DNA of 64,000 bases, taken from Squalus acanthias (taxonomy: Eukaryota). Numbering within the stretch: position 1 is the first letter of the stretch; every line of letters begins with the position of its first letter. A program made the translations under genes and the position numbers. This document shows, piece after piece, positions 25,681 through 36,590 of the stretch. A model generated the notes under the pieces. That model saw nothing but the letters and a program-made list of their open reading frames with translations, was not told the DNA's origin and did no database searches. The stretch spans positions 40,858,001-40,922,000 of the forward strand of contig CM059439.1 in assembly GCA_030390025.1 (NCBI GenBank), read 5' to 3'.

Positions 25681-26829
25681 TAGTATGAAGGCATGCTCCT
25701 TTTCAGCATTGGCATTGGAAGTCATTGGGATAGTAATAGTATTGCATCCTTTTTCCTAAACCGTATCTATACCACATACAGTCATAGCTACGCAATTCTA
25801 CTTATTGCATCAGTCAGTGTACTGTACCCACAAAACTGAGGGAAATAGTAATTTTGTTCTTTTCTTTACATTAAAAGTTTGAATATTTCTGGATGCAGCA
25901 ATAAGTAGAATTGCTCACAAAAACATGGTGAACCAAATTCAGGATTTGTACTAGTTCCAACAAGGCTTTTCTCAAATCAGACAGACATGATTGGCATTTC
26001 TTTACCCATGTCAGTGACACATGATGAAAATTTACAATTGCTGCACTTTGTCCAGGGGAAAGAAAGAGATCAAATTGCTTTATGGAATGGCTGAATTTGC
26101 AGGACTGTTCCATAGTTGAACCTGAATATTGGACCTTTGACTCTTCGTGCACAGCCCTGTGATATTCTAGCAAATAAAATTCTTCTAAATTGGCACAGCC
26201 CACTATTTTCATGTGTAAGATAGCTGGGAATGGTTTTGGGGTCTGTTCATCTTGTCAGTGACAAATTACATTTCACGGTCACTTAGGTACAAGCAAAGGG
26301 AAAACACTTCATGTAAGCCACCCAAGATCAGTTAACCCTATGCCTTCAGGTTTTGCTATGGTACTAAATTGATTTTGTACCCCACCTTGTGTTGCTTTGG
26401 TTCATTTAGCACTTAGCTAAATTTATAGTGTGGTCAGAATTGCGATTCATGTTCTGTTTCAAAGTAACCATTGCAAAGGGACACAGGTGCACAAGTAGAC
26501 TGCACTCATTGTGGTGTTCTAGCAGGCAGGTCATAAATTTTAAACTATATCAGCAGCAAATGCTTTTTTGTTTAACACATTATTTCTTTGGCATTATGTT
26601 AAATTTTTTTTTCGTTTTTAAAGATTAATTTGTCTATGGTATATTTTATTTTGTTAGCTTAACTAATAAGAAAACTAGAGAATTGCAGGTATGAGCAAGG
26701 AAAGGAAGGTATTAATCTTTGGCTGTAAAATTAAACAGCGATAAATTAAAATGGCATATCCCTTCTGTTTTCCACAAGTGGATTTGGTGAAACATTATTC
26801 CATTAAGAAAGGGAAATATGGTTTTATTG

Positions 26830-27070
26830 GTACTTTATCAAGTCCTTAAGACATCACAAAGTGTTTTCATATCTAATGAATTACTTCTGAAGTGCAGCCA
26901 CTGTTACATATGACAAACTCAGCTACCAATTTACACCCGGCAAGAGATCTCAAACAAAAAGTGAGATGAATGACCAGTTCATTTTTTTTATTGGTGGTAT
27001 TTGAGGAAGGAATGTTGGCCAAGACAGATCCATACTCTCTGAATAATTTGATCCTTAAAGTTTACTTGAA
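26830..27070 (-). mobile_element. Degenerate Deu-SINE
   Basis: Collinear similarity to 62480-62730. Confidence 0.6.
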
Positions 27071-27086
27071 GCACCAAACTAAGAGA

Positions 27087-28410
27087 GGCCATTAAAATCG
27101 ATGATTTGTCTTGCAACCCCGTTTGTTCCAGCTGTAATCGCGCTGGAGGCTATTTTAATTCCTGACTTCAGTTAGGTGACTGAAGCACTCGCTGGAAGCA
27201 GGCAAGTGCTCCATGAATTCAAATCGGAGTCCTATGATGTCACTAGGACCCCAACATGATTTTAACTCGGGAGATCACAGGCCTCGCCTACCGGCCAGCC
27301 CATTAAGTTGAATCTCACTGGATTGTCTTCAGGCACTGACTGGCTCACTGGGAGCACAATTTAAAAGGGCACTCGGATCATAGGGCTCATTGTGCTTAAT
27401 GAATTTCCAACAAATTTTTGACCTTGGAGATTGCTTGTTTCTTGGGGGTGAGGGAGGTTCTGCCTTTTCCATCTCTCAGCTTATCATGGGTGCCATTTTT
27501 GCTTCATTGCTTTGGATGGAGGAACAGTTGGTGGTAGAGGAGCATCAGCAGGCTCAACAACTAGGACAAGCAGCAGCTGGGTCTGGTAGAGACAGCAGCT
27601 TGTAGAAGGCCTTACCCAGCACACACGGTCTGTAGGCCAAGTTACTTTCTTGGATATGACTGAGGAGCACTGCAACACAAGGCTGTCACTGATGATCCTC
27701 CAGCAGCAGTGCAAGACGTGATAAATTCAAAAATAATCAGCGGAAACATTGAGTGACTGGTAAACTATGGAACAGGTTCCTGAGGGAGACGGTGGAAGCC
27801 TATTGTGTTGATTCATTCAAATGCAAATTAGATAGATTTATTTCAGAAAATAATATTTTGGGATGCAGTATATGAGTAATTTGAGAGATGGGATGTGGTA
27901 AGTGTAGCATGCTTGGGAGGAACAGGTGACTTTGGACTTCTAGTTCCCAAAGAATTCACTGCTGAGGGTTGTCTTGAGTCTGTTGTAGACTAATTGATAG
28001 AGATTGATTACCATGATTAGTCAAGAACTCCTTTATTGTGTCGTGGCTACCAGGAGCCATCAAAGGAGTTCCTTATTCTGCAACAACTACCATGTAAGAG
28101 CAGAATGCTGCTGTTGGCTGCTGTGAAGGCAACAAGCAAGAGGTGAGTGTGTAGTTGGAGTGAGAGTGGGATCATGTGATGAGTGCTGGGGAGGGGGAAG
28201 GACTCTTGCGAATTTTTATTGAGAGAAATGGAGAAATAAAGAGCTGAACTCGGCCTTACCGCTCTTTTCAAGTCATTGAAACATTTCCTGCATTGAACTC
28301 AGGTTCTGGAACTGACCATCTCCAGGCCTGGTGAACATCATTTTGGGTTTCTTCCTTCCATTTGTGGGAAAGAAAACTTTCTTCGTCACCCTCACCTCTT
28401 CCACTGCCCT
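27087..28410. mobile_element. PIF/Harbinger element remnant: transposase N-terminus (+) and Myb/SANT gene (-), convergent
   Basis: + strand from 27486: MGAIFASLLW...RRPYPAHTVCRP..FLDMTEEHC. - strand 28410-28260: LLRAVEEVRVTKKVFFPTNGRKKP...SRT*VQCRKCFNDLKRA|gtaag. A CR1-like tail at ~27735-28050 interrupts it. Confidence 0.75.
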
Positions 28411-28864
28411 CAGGAGCCGGAAAGGAATTTCCTAGTATTTTCCCCCCCTAAATTGGCCGAGGGTTTTTTCTTTTTTCTGCCTCACCCAGGAGATTCTGTG
28501 GTTGGCTGTTGGGGCAGGGGAATGGGAGGAGATGGGGGTCATGGTGTGCATAGGTTTCATCATGACAGAATGGAACAGGCTCGATGGACCAGCTGTTTTT
28601 TTTCCAGTCTGTTGTTTTCACGTTTGTTTAGAGAACAAATTGGGATATTTTTTGTCATATAATGTAAAAAAAAAAATAATGAATCTACAATTGTTACAGC
28701 ATCGTTTCTAAAAATTATGATTGCAGTAGGACATAGCTTAGTGGAGTGGGCAGATAGGTAGCAAATGCAGAGGAATGTGATGTATATTTTGCGGGGAGGA
28801 AAGTGAAAGGAAATACTCTAAGCAGTGAATGGAGGAACAGAGAGATCTGGGATGCAGTTAAAAT

Positions 28865-29390
28865 GCATCTCACCTCCTGACTCCCCAAAGCCTTTCCACC
28901 ATCTACAAGTCAGGAGTGTGATGGAATACTCTCCAGTTGCCTGGATGAGTGCAGCTCCAACAACACTCGAGAAGCTCGACACCATCCAGGACAAAGCAGC
29001 CCGCTTGATTGGCACCCCATCCACCACCTTAAACATTCACTCCCTCACCACTGCCGCACCATGGCTGCAGTGTGTACCATCTACAAGATGCACTGCAGCA
29101 ACTCACCAGGGCTTCTTTGACAGCACCTCCCAAACCCGCGACCTCTACCACCTAGAAGGACAAGGGCAGCAGACACATGGGAACACCATCCAAGTTACAC
29201 ACCAGCCTAACTTGGAAATATATCGCTATTCATCGTCGTTGGGTCAAAATCCTGGAATTCTCTCCCTAACAGTACCTTCGCCACACGGACTGCATTAGTT
29301 CAAGAAGGCAGCTAGCTCACCACCACCTTCTCAAGGGCAGTTAGGGATGGGCAATATATGCTGGCTTTGCCAGCGATGCCCACATCCCAG
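28865..29390 (+). mobile_element. CR1-clade LINE 3' end (family distinct from the main CR1)
   Basis: QVRSVMEYSPVAWMSAAPTTLEKLDTIQDKAARLIG; tail ttctcaagggcagttagggatgggcaa shared with the SINE at 9462. Confidence 0.85.
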
Positions 29391-29502
29391 TAACTTTTTT
29401 TTAAATGTTGGGTGTGCAAGTAGAAAAGGCCATTACGAAATTGCCAATGGGATTCTGGGTTTATACCAAACAGCATTCAATATAAAACCAAACAAGTTAT
29501 TT

Positions 29503-30240
29503 TGAGGTACAATCCTAAAGGGGTGCATGAACAGAGAGACCTGGGGGTGTATGTGTGCAAATCGTTGATGGTGGCAGGGCAGGTTGAGAAAGCGGTTAAA
29601 AAAGCATACGGGATCCTGAGCTTTATAAATAGAGGCATAGAGTACAAAAGCAAGGAAGTTATGATGAACCTTTATAAAACACTGGTTCGGCCTCAACTGG
29701 AGTATTGTGTCCAATTCTGGGCACCGCACTTTAGGAAGGATGTGAAGGCCTTAGAGAGGGTGCAGAAAAGATTTATGAGAATGGTTCCAGGGATGAGGGA
29801 CTTCAGTTACGTGGATAGACTAGAGAAGCTGGGGTTGTTCTCCTTGGAGCAGAGAAGGTTGAGTGGAGATTTGATAGAGGTGTTCAAAATCATGAGGGGT
29901 CTAGATAGAGAGAAACTGTTCCCATTGGCGGAAGGGTCGAGAACCAGAGGGGACAGATTTAAAGTGATTGGCAAAAGAACCAAAGACGACATTAGGAAAA
30001 ACTTTTTTACGCAGCGAGTGGTTAGGATCTGAAATGCACTGTCTGAAAGGGTGGTGGAGGCAGACTCAATCATGGCTTTCAAAAGGGAATTGGATAAGTA
30101 CCTGAAGGAAATAAATTTGCAGGGCTACAGGGAAAGGGCGGGGGAGTGGGATTAGCTGAAGTGATCTTGCAGAGAGCCGGCATAGGCTCGACTGGCTGAA
30201 TGGCCTCCTTCTGTGCTGTAACCATTCTATGATTCTGTGA
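29503..30240 (+). mobile_element. Young 5'-truncated CR1 LINE
   Basis: Nearly open RT C-terminus (RDLGV, LYKTLVRPQLEYCVQFWAP, LERVQKRF, LEKLGLFSLEQRRL) and tail attctatgattctgtga. Confidence 0.95.
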
Positions 30241-30572
30241 ATTTGTACAAGACATTAGTTAGACCACAGGTGGAGTAGAGTTCTGAGTACTCTGTTGTAA
30301 GAAGGATATTAGAATCATGAAAAGGGTACAGCAATCATTCACTAGAATGATACCAGGAATGAGGCTTTAACTTTTCAAAATTATGAAAGGTTTTGAGAGG
30401 TAAATAGTGAAAGATTATTTTCACTGATTGATGAGTTAGTAAAAAGGGGCCAAAGGGAAGGGCCTTTCATTAGAAGAGCGAAGGTGGAAGTTTTAATAAA
30501 AACAATTTTCACAGAATTAATTATTAGTAGACACAAAACTTTACCACAAGTAATTATTGGGACAGAAGCACT

Positions 30573-31296
30573 GGTCGGAATTTTAATCGGAAGGCGGGTT
30601 GGGAGTGGGTGGGCTAGGAAGTGGTTGGGAGAACGGGGGGGGGGGGGTTGGGGGGGAGAGCATGGATCGGGGCCGAAACATCGGTGGGGGGGGGAAAGGG
30701 AAGCATGGATTGGGGCCAAAATATCGGGGGGGGGGTGGGGGGAAGGGAAGCATGGATCGGGGCCAAAACATCGGCGGGTGGGGAGCATGGATCGGGGCCG
30801 AAACATCGGAGGCGGGGGGAGAAGATGTAGGGGGTGAAGCATCGCAGCCCGCCTGAGAATCATCAGTTGGGGCGGCGGGGAAGAGAGGAACGGGGCCGAC
30901 CTGAGCATCGTGGGGGGGGGGTGGGGAGTTCAGGGGGGATCAGAGTCCTTGTGGGGGGGTTAGGCAGGGACACTGGATCCAGGAGGTAAGTGTAAAGGCA
31001 CCTACTTCCTGGATCCAGCAGTCCTCGCCTTACTTTAGCTGGCACGTTCGCTGAGGCCTGAGAAACCCAACAAGCCACAGTTAAATTTGAAATGCTGTTT
31101 GAATCTGAGGTGCGCCAGCCTCATTATAATATTTAAATGGGCGACCCACCTCCTGGGAGCAGGTTGACTGCCCGCCCACTGTCCTGTCTCTGTTGAAACT
31201 GGAAGTAGGTGGGTTGGGGTCAGGATACAGTTTTTTAACACTTTAACCTCCCACCCAACCCCAACCCATCTGTTTTTTGAGGTTAAAATTCGCCCC
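30573..31296. mobile_element. PIF/Harbinger-type MITE with internal G-rich minisatellite
   Basis: TIRs ggtcggaattttaa ... ttaaaattcgcccc and an exact 3-bp duplication ACT (30570-30572, 31297-31299). Confidence 0.82.
30634..30830. repeat. G-rich minisatellite, 4 units of (G)n-AGCATGGATCGGGGCCGAAACATCGG
   Basis: Units start at about 30658, 30700, 30747 and 30783, separated by G runs. Confidence 0.9.
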
Positions 31297-31974
31297 ACTG
31301 TATCAGAATCCTCAATGTTTTATGCAAAGCTGGCATTAAGTGCTACAATTGCAAGAGGGGTCAAACTCTTCCAAAAATAAATCTTGCTCCCTTAATCAGG
31401 CTCTTGCAAATCATTGGGAATGAGACCGGCCTAAGATTTAGGCCTAAAGAGGTTGAAGGGCCATTCAGATAGTGTGGTGTGTCCATTATTAATTCTGTGA
31501 TCTATGATGAGCATATTAGTACCTAACCACACAATTCACTGGCAATAATTACACAATTAGAGAAATGTGCTTGTGTTAAAGAAATTTGCAATCTTTACAG
31601 AGGCACGATGGGCCAAATGGCCTCCTTCTGTGCTGTATCATTCTATTAAAGAAAGCCAAGCATATCCCAGCCTAAAGCAAAAGGGCATAACCAGCAACAA
31701 CAGTACTTATCACCCTCACTGGGATCAGAATAGAGATTAGCGCTGTGGGACATTTAGGTAGTAATGAAGGGAAGGAATCACAGGATAAAGAGTTGAGCAC
31801 TGAGGCAGGGGTAGTACTGAATTCAGAAAGGTTAGGAGATACGGCAGAAGTCTAACTTGTTGAGCACCCCTCAGTTGCCTAGAAATGCAGACCTCATTGA
31901 ATCAGCTTTCAATCAGAGGATAGTGTAACATATGGTCACTGTTGATCTGTCACCTGGTTCCATAAATGTTAGTA

Positions 31975-32520
31975 TAAAACAGAAAAGGTTAGAAATACAC
32001 AGCAGGTCTATCAGCATCTGAAAAGAGAAGAAACCGATAACATTTCAGGTGTAGATCCTTCATCAGAACTGAAAGCTGGAAGATAAGTTAATTCTTGAAA
32101 GGACTGAACAAGACAAGGGAGCATAGGAAAACAACAGGTAAAAATCGATCGTCAAGAACGCCAAGCCCTGTCACAAATAGTTTAATGGCCTGCAAACAGA
32201 TTTTAAAACTCTTTAAAGAGGTGGATCATATACAAAGATCATCTCAATGAGTTATCAAAAGCAAATAGCTACATCACATGGTGAAAAGGCACACAAAACT
32301 AAAACTCCAAAGTGCAAGTAAATTGTGTTCTCACATAGGAGGAGTTTTTGGGGCCGTGGACAGTGATGTGAGAAGAGATGAATTAACAGATGTTGAATCT
32401 GCCACAGTTGAATGGGAAAATGGCAGAATAAGGACAGTTCAGAAGCTTTCATTTAGGAAGTGGAGTTATCAGGTCAGATACAAAAGAGTTAGAAAAACTA
32501 GGGAATAGCAATGGAGTCTT
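31975..32520 (-). mobile_element. Penelope-like element remnant with hammerhead core at 32035-32070
   Basis: Minus strand reads agtt-ctgatga-aggatctacacct-gaaa-tgttatc, followed by the shared tcagatgctg..ctgctgtgtatttc..ttttctgtttt terminus. The right-hand boundary is uncertain. Confidence 0.65.
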
Positions 32521-32619
32521 TACAAAAGATAAATTCCAGGTAGGCACCTAACCTAACTCTGTTTTTGTAACTTGTACTGCTCCACCTCCCTCCCAAGTCT
32601 TTTTTTAAAGTAAAAAGCT

Positions 32620-32950
32620 CCAGTTCTCTAGGCCAAACATGATGACCATAGGCCCTCAAACTAGATATCGATCAAGTCATCCTGTGAAACTTTTCCAAGA
32701 CCTTGGTATGGCCCACCATGTGAGAGGACCAGAAATGGACACCGTATTCTAGATGTAGCCAGACCAAAGCCTTGTACAAAAGAAGGAATTGTACTCATTT
32801 TATATTTTATTGTCTAAGCTTTGCATCCTAATGCCCTATTTGCTTTTGCAACAGCTGTGCAATGCTGGTTATGGACCTTCAGTGTTTCATGGACAACAAT
32901 CCCCAGATCCTTCTTCCAATCAGCAACCTTAAGCATGAAACCCTGCATGA
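32620..32950 (-). mobile_element. Degenerate CR1-like LINE RT C-terminal fragment
   Basis: Minus-strand remnants KDLGIVVH and LYKALVWLHLEYGVHFW. Confidence 0.65.
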
Positions 32951-32954
32951 TGAC

Positions 32955-33410
32955 CCTCGATGAAGCTCAAGGAACAGCACCTCATCTTTCGATTTGACAC
33001 TTTACAGCCTTCTGGACTCAACATTTCAGATCATAACCACTGCTCCCAATTTTTTGGACAGTGGCTGTTAGTAATGATTCTACTATTGCCATTTACACCT
33101 CCTCTAGACCCATCTTTTGTTCCTTTACTTGTCCGATTACCACTACCTTTTGCCTTGCACCTTCATCCCTTTTGTCTTTTAATCTCTCCTGCCTTCCACC
33201 CCATCACAGATCTTCCCTTTTGTTCTTTCCTCCCTCCCCCTTGCTCTGCCTCTCTACTTGCTTAAAACCTGTTACATCTCTAACTTTTGACAGTTCCGAT
33301 GAAAGGTTATTGACCTGAAACACTACCTTTGTTTCTCTCTCCACAGATGTTGCCTGACCTGCTGAGTATTTCCAGCATTTTCTGTTTTTATTTCAGATTT
33401 CCAGCAACCG
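32955..33410 (+). mobile_element. Penelope-like element 3' end (GIY-YIG C-terminus plus terminal repeat with mutated hammerhead)
   Basis: KLKEQHLIFRFDTLQPSGLN is typical of the PLE endonuclease end. It is followed by agtt-ccgatga-aaggttattgacct-gaaac at 33292-33321. Confidence 0.85.
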
Positions 33411-33643
33411 CCCCTGCCCAAGTGCCTCACACTGCACTTGTCTATATTTCAAGACATCTGAGAGACACAGATCCATTCCCCTATTCCATCTAGATCCACC
33501 TGCAAACTTTTTTTTTCATCTAAGGTCCTAACTATCATCTTACAAGTGGTGAAATATTGCTTTATTCTGGCCATGAAGAAAATACATCACACACAAAAGG
33601 AGTTGGTCTAATGCTTTCGAAGGAAGCCACAAAGTCACGGATT

Positions 33644-33829
33644 GATAGAATGGGAAGCAGTTTCATCTCGAACCATCTCTGCTAGGGTTTACACTAAAAT
33701 ATGCAAGATTGTGGTTTTACAATACTACACACCAACGATAGAATGGGAAGCAGTTTCATCTCGAACCATCTCTGCTAGGGTTTACACTAAAATATGCAAG
33801 ATTGTGGTTTTACAATACTACACACCAAC
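33644..33829. repeat. Perfect 93-bp tandem duplication
   Basis: 33644-33736 is identical to 33737-33829. Confidence 0.95.
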
Positions 33830-33903
33830 GAACAAGACAGAACAAAAAATCAAGACGTTTCCCTAACATTACAAGAAGTTCTGGAAAAACCAGTAAAGAA
33901 GGA

Positions 33904-34170
33904 TCTGAAATAACAACAGAAAGTGCTGGAAAAACTCAGCAGGCCAGGTAACATCCGGGGAGAGAGAAACAGAGTTAACGTTTCAGGTCGAAGACCCTTC
34001 GTCAGAACTGAGAAAAAAGCAGGAAATAAAACAGAGGAAAAAGCAAGTTTGGAGGCTGGGGGAGGGAATAAAAGAACAAAAGGGAAGGTCAGTGAGAAGT
34101 AAAGAGACATTAAGAGATACTCCAGGTGAGACGAGATGGTAATAGGACAGGTTAAGAAACAAAAGATGGC
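33904..34170 (-). mobile_element. Penelope-like terminal repeat inserted in the RTE
   Basis: Reverse-complement similarity to 33100-33400. Confidence 0.85.
33973..34009 (-). ncRNA. Minimal type I hammerhead ribozyme motif (Penelope-associated)
   Basis: Minus strand AGUU-CUGACGA-AGGGUCUUCGACCU-GAA-ACGU-U-AACU: intact CUGANGA/GAAA core, helix II hairpin, helix I AGUU/AACU, palindromic ACGU helix III and a GUU cleavage triplet. Confidence 0.75.
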
Positions 34171-34495
34171 TCTGAATCTGGTTGCAAAGATTGGAGATGA
34201 TAACACTGGCAGAAAACAAATTATGGAGAAGCAAGGATTAGGTGAAATGAATGGGAATGGTGAATTCTTGTGACCTATGTGCTTTTAATAACTTGTTATC
34301 GGCGGAAGTGTCTACCCCTACAAAATGGTACACTGGGCTACATGGACATAGCCAGACCATAGCACTGAAAATCAAATAGATCACATCTGTATCAGCTGCT
34401 GTTTAGAAGATCACTATTAGATATCAGAGTGCAAAAGGAGCAGATGCTGCCTCAGACCACCATCTACCTATGGGTAAATTCAGATTTAAACTTAA

Positions 34496-36590
34496 AGGCT
34501 GGGAAATTTGATAAGGCCCGAAAACAGGCATAGGCACCACAAGGCAAGATTTGCTCGCGCCCATTTAGAAAGCCCAGGTAGTCCGTCAATTTGGAGCTGC
34601 TGCTAATTTAAATTATTTTTAGCGCACAACCCAGCGATTATGGCGCTGCTGACTGGCTATGCGCTCAGCAGGAGGCCCAAGGTCATGTCGCTGCAGTGAG
34701 GTTGTATTTCCTCAAAGCTAGGTCGCTAGTTTTCAAGGCAGTCTCTAGCCGTTAAAGGTGAACTGCCTTCTGAAAAAAAAATTAAAAATAATTCAAAACT
34801 AAGCAGTCTCTAGCGCTTAAAGCTGAACTGCCTTCTGCACATAAAAATGGTAAAAGTGCCTCAGCACTAACCCAAATCGTTTAACATGCCAGGGAAAGGG
34901 CACCCAGGGTCTCGCACACAGCACTTGAGCTTTGTGCAGGGGGTCAACACTGGAAGAGAGGTCCTCTATGCAGAGGGAGCCAGGCATCCCTCCAGAATGA
35001 AGGATGTGGGACCAGATCGCCAAGGCTATCACTGCCAGCAGTGTCACCCCCAAAACCTGGTGCCAGTACCCAAAGAAGTTCCATGACCTCAGACAAGTGA
35101 TCAAGGTCAGATGAATGCATCTTCAAAATCCATTTCCTACCACTTGTACCACTAGCCTCACGCACTGCTCAATGTACGATCCCCTTCAATCAACTATCTC
35201 TACCAAACATGAGACATGCCTCACATTCCTAGCTTCATCTCACCCCCTTGGATGAGACAGTGCTGGCCATTCTTGGCCATAGTTGAGCCCTTAGCCAGCA
35301 GCAGGGCTGAAAGAATACAAGATGTTGGTATCCTCATACGCTATCCTCCTTCTCACATCCCACATCCCCCTCATCCCACAATCTTCTGATGTACAAGCTG
35401 AACATGGTGTAAGCATGCACCTCTTGCTTTCCCGCCCTCCCCTCACCACAACCCTACCCTGTGCCTTCCTCATTTCAGACACACATGAAATCCAGCCTGC
35501 CCAGCCAATGGTTGACCAGGAAGAGGGAGAGGAGAGTGAATAAGAAGAAGGAACAACGTCACTTGATTTCACACTCCCAGCCACCAGCTCTTTGAGGTTG
35601 TCCTGCAAGGCCATCTGCAGTGTACCCCACTGAAAATCAGCAGCCTTCCACCAGCCCTGCTGCAGCCACTGGGGTAGCACTATGTAACTAGAATAGGCAA
35701 AGGCACATGCAGGACAGTCACTAATGCAGAAGGGTGATTAGTTGATTTTTTAATGTAATGTTGGTTGCATATATGGATAAATTTGGATTGGAACGTTAGC
35801 TTTGTGGTGGCTTTTATTTCAGCACTGTGGCCAAGAGGACACTGTGATTGTTAGTAACAGAGGGAAGGTAAGATGTGGGACAAATTTTGAAAGGGGAATT
35901 GGGGTTGTGTTCACTGGTACCACAGATGGATGATTCGATCCCAAATATCCCAGCCAGAAAGGGGCTGTCTGGGTAGCCTCCTTCCTTCCACTTCCTCCTC
36001 TTCTGCTTCCTCCTCTTCCCTTTGCGAGCAGCTTGTCTCCTTTGCTGCCTCTGCTTCATCTCCATGTGATGTAGCAGCCCAAGGGGGACTGCAATTGGAG
36101 CCCCCAGGACTGTGAGCAAGTGGTGTTCTCAGAGGTCTTCTTTTAACATCCAAAGCCTTGCAAGCATCCAGCAGCAGTCCCTGCACACTTTAACAACTTT
36201 TAAAATGTATTGCACCAAGCCACTACTCAAATAAAATGTAAAGAAAAAGCTAAAATCGAAACTTATCTGAAAGATGTATGTGTCCCCTTAAGAAGCGCTG
36301 ACAGCATCTCTGTAGTACTGCTGCACGCACATTCTTCCATCCATGGTTTGGAGAGGGTGGTAGCTAGAGCGGCAAAATACAAAATCACAGTCGTGCATCA
36401 ATTCACGCGTTGCAGGCTGATTGACGTCATGATCTGCATATTTACATGAGAGGCGAGCGCAGGCAACGACAGCGCTAAAGACCTCTCCAAAATGGCGGCT
36501 GCCATGTTCTGCACCAGAAGCGAGGCGGCTGCCATTTTTTCAGCAAAACCCACCTTAACGGCTAGTGCTACAACCCCGAATTTTGCGCCC
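34496..36590. mobile_element. Internally deleted PIF/Harbinger transposon (Myb/SANT gene +, transposase -)
   Basis: TAA on both flanks (34493-34495, 36591-36593) and TIR-like ends ggctgggaaattt / aattttgcgccc. + strand 34885-35106: RERAPRVSHTALE..REVLY..WDQIAKAITASSVTPKTWCQYPKKFHDLRQVIK|gt. - strand 36110-35911: transposase-like N- and C-termini. Confidence 0.8.

Larger units (their letters stand above)
28730..31650 (+). mobile_element. Old CR1 3' fragment hosting three younger insertions
   Basis: Rejoining the flanks of the 29503-30240 insertion restores YKTKQVILNLYKTLVRPQ. A CR1-type tail (gatgggccaaatggcctccttctgtgctgtatcattctat) ends near 31645. Confidence 0.65.

Noticed and set aside
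30655-30810. CRISPR-like repeat-spacer array
   Set aside because: The spacers are just G runs, the context is a vertebrate TE, and there are no cas genes.
30381-30908. Pro-rich and Gly-rich ORFs on both strands
   Set aside because: They are translation artefacts of the G-rich minisatellite inside a MITE.
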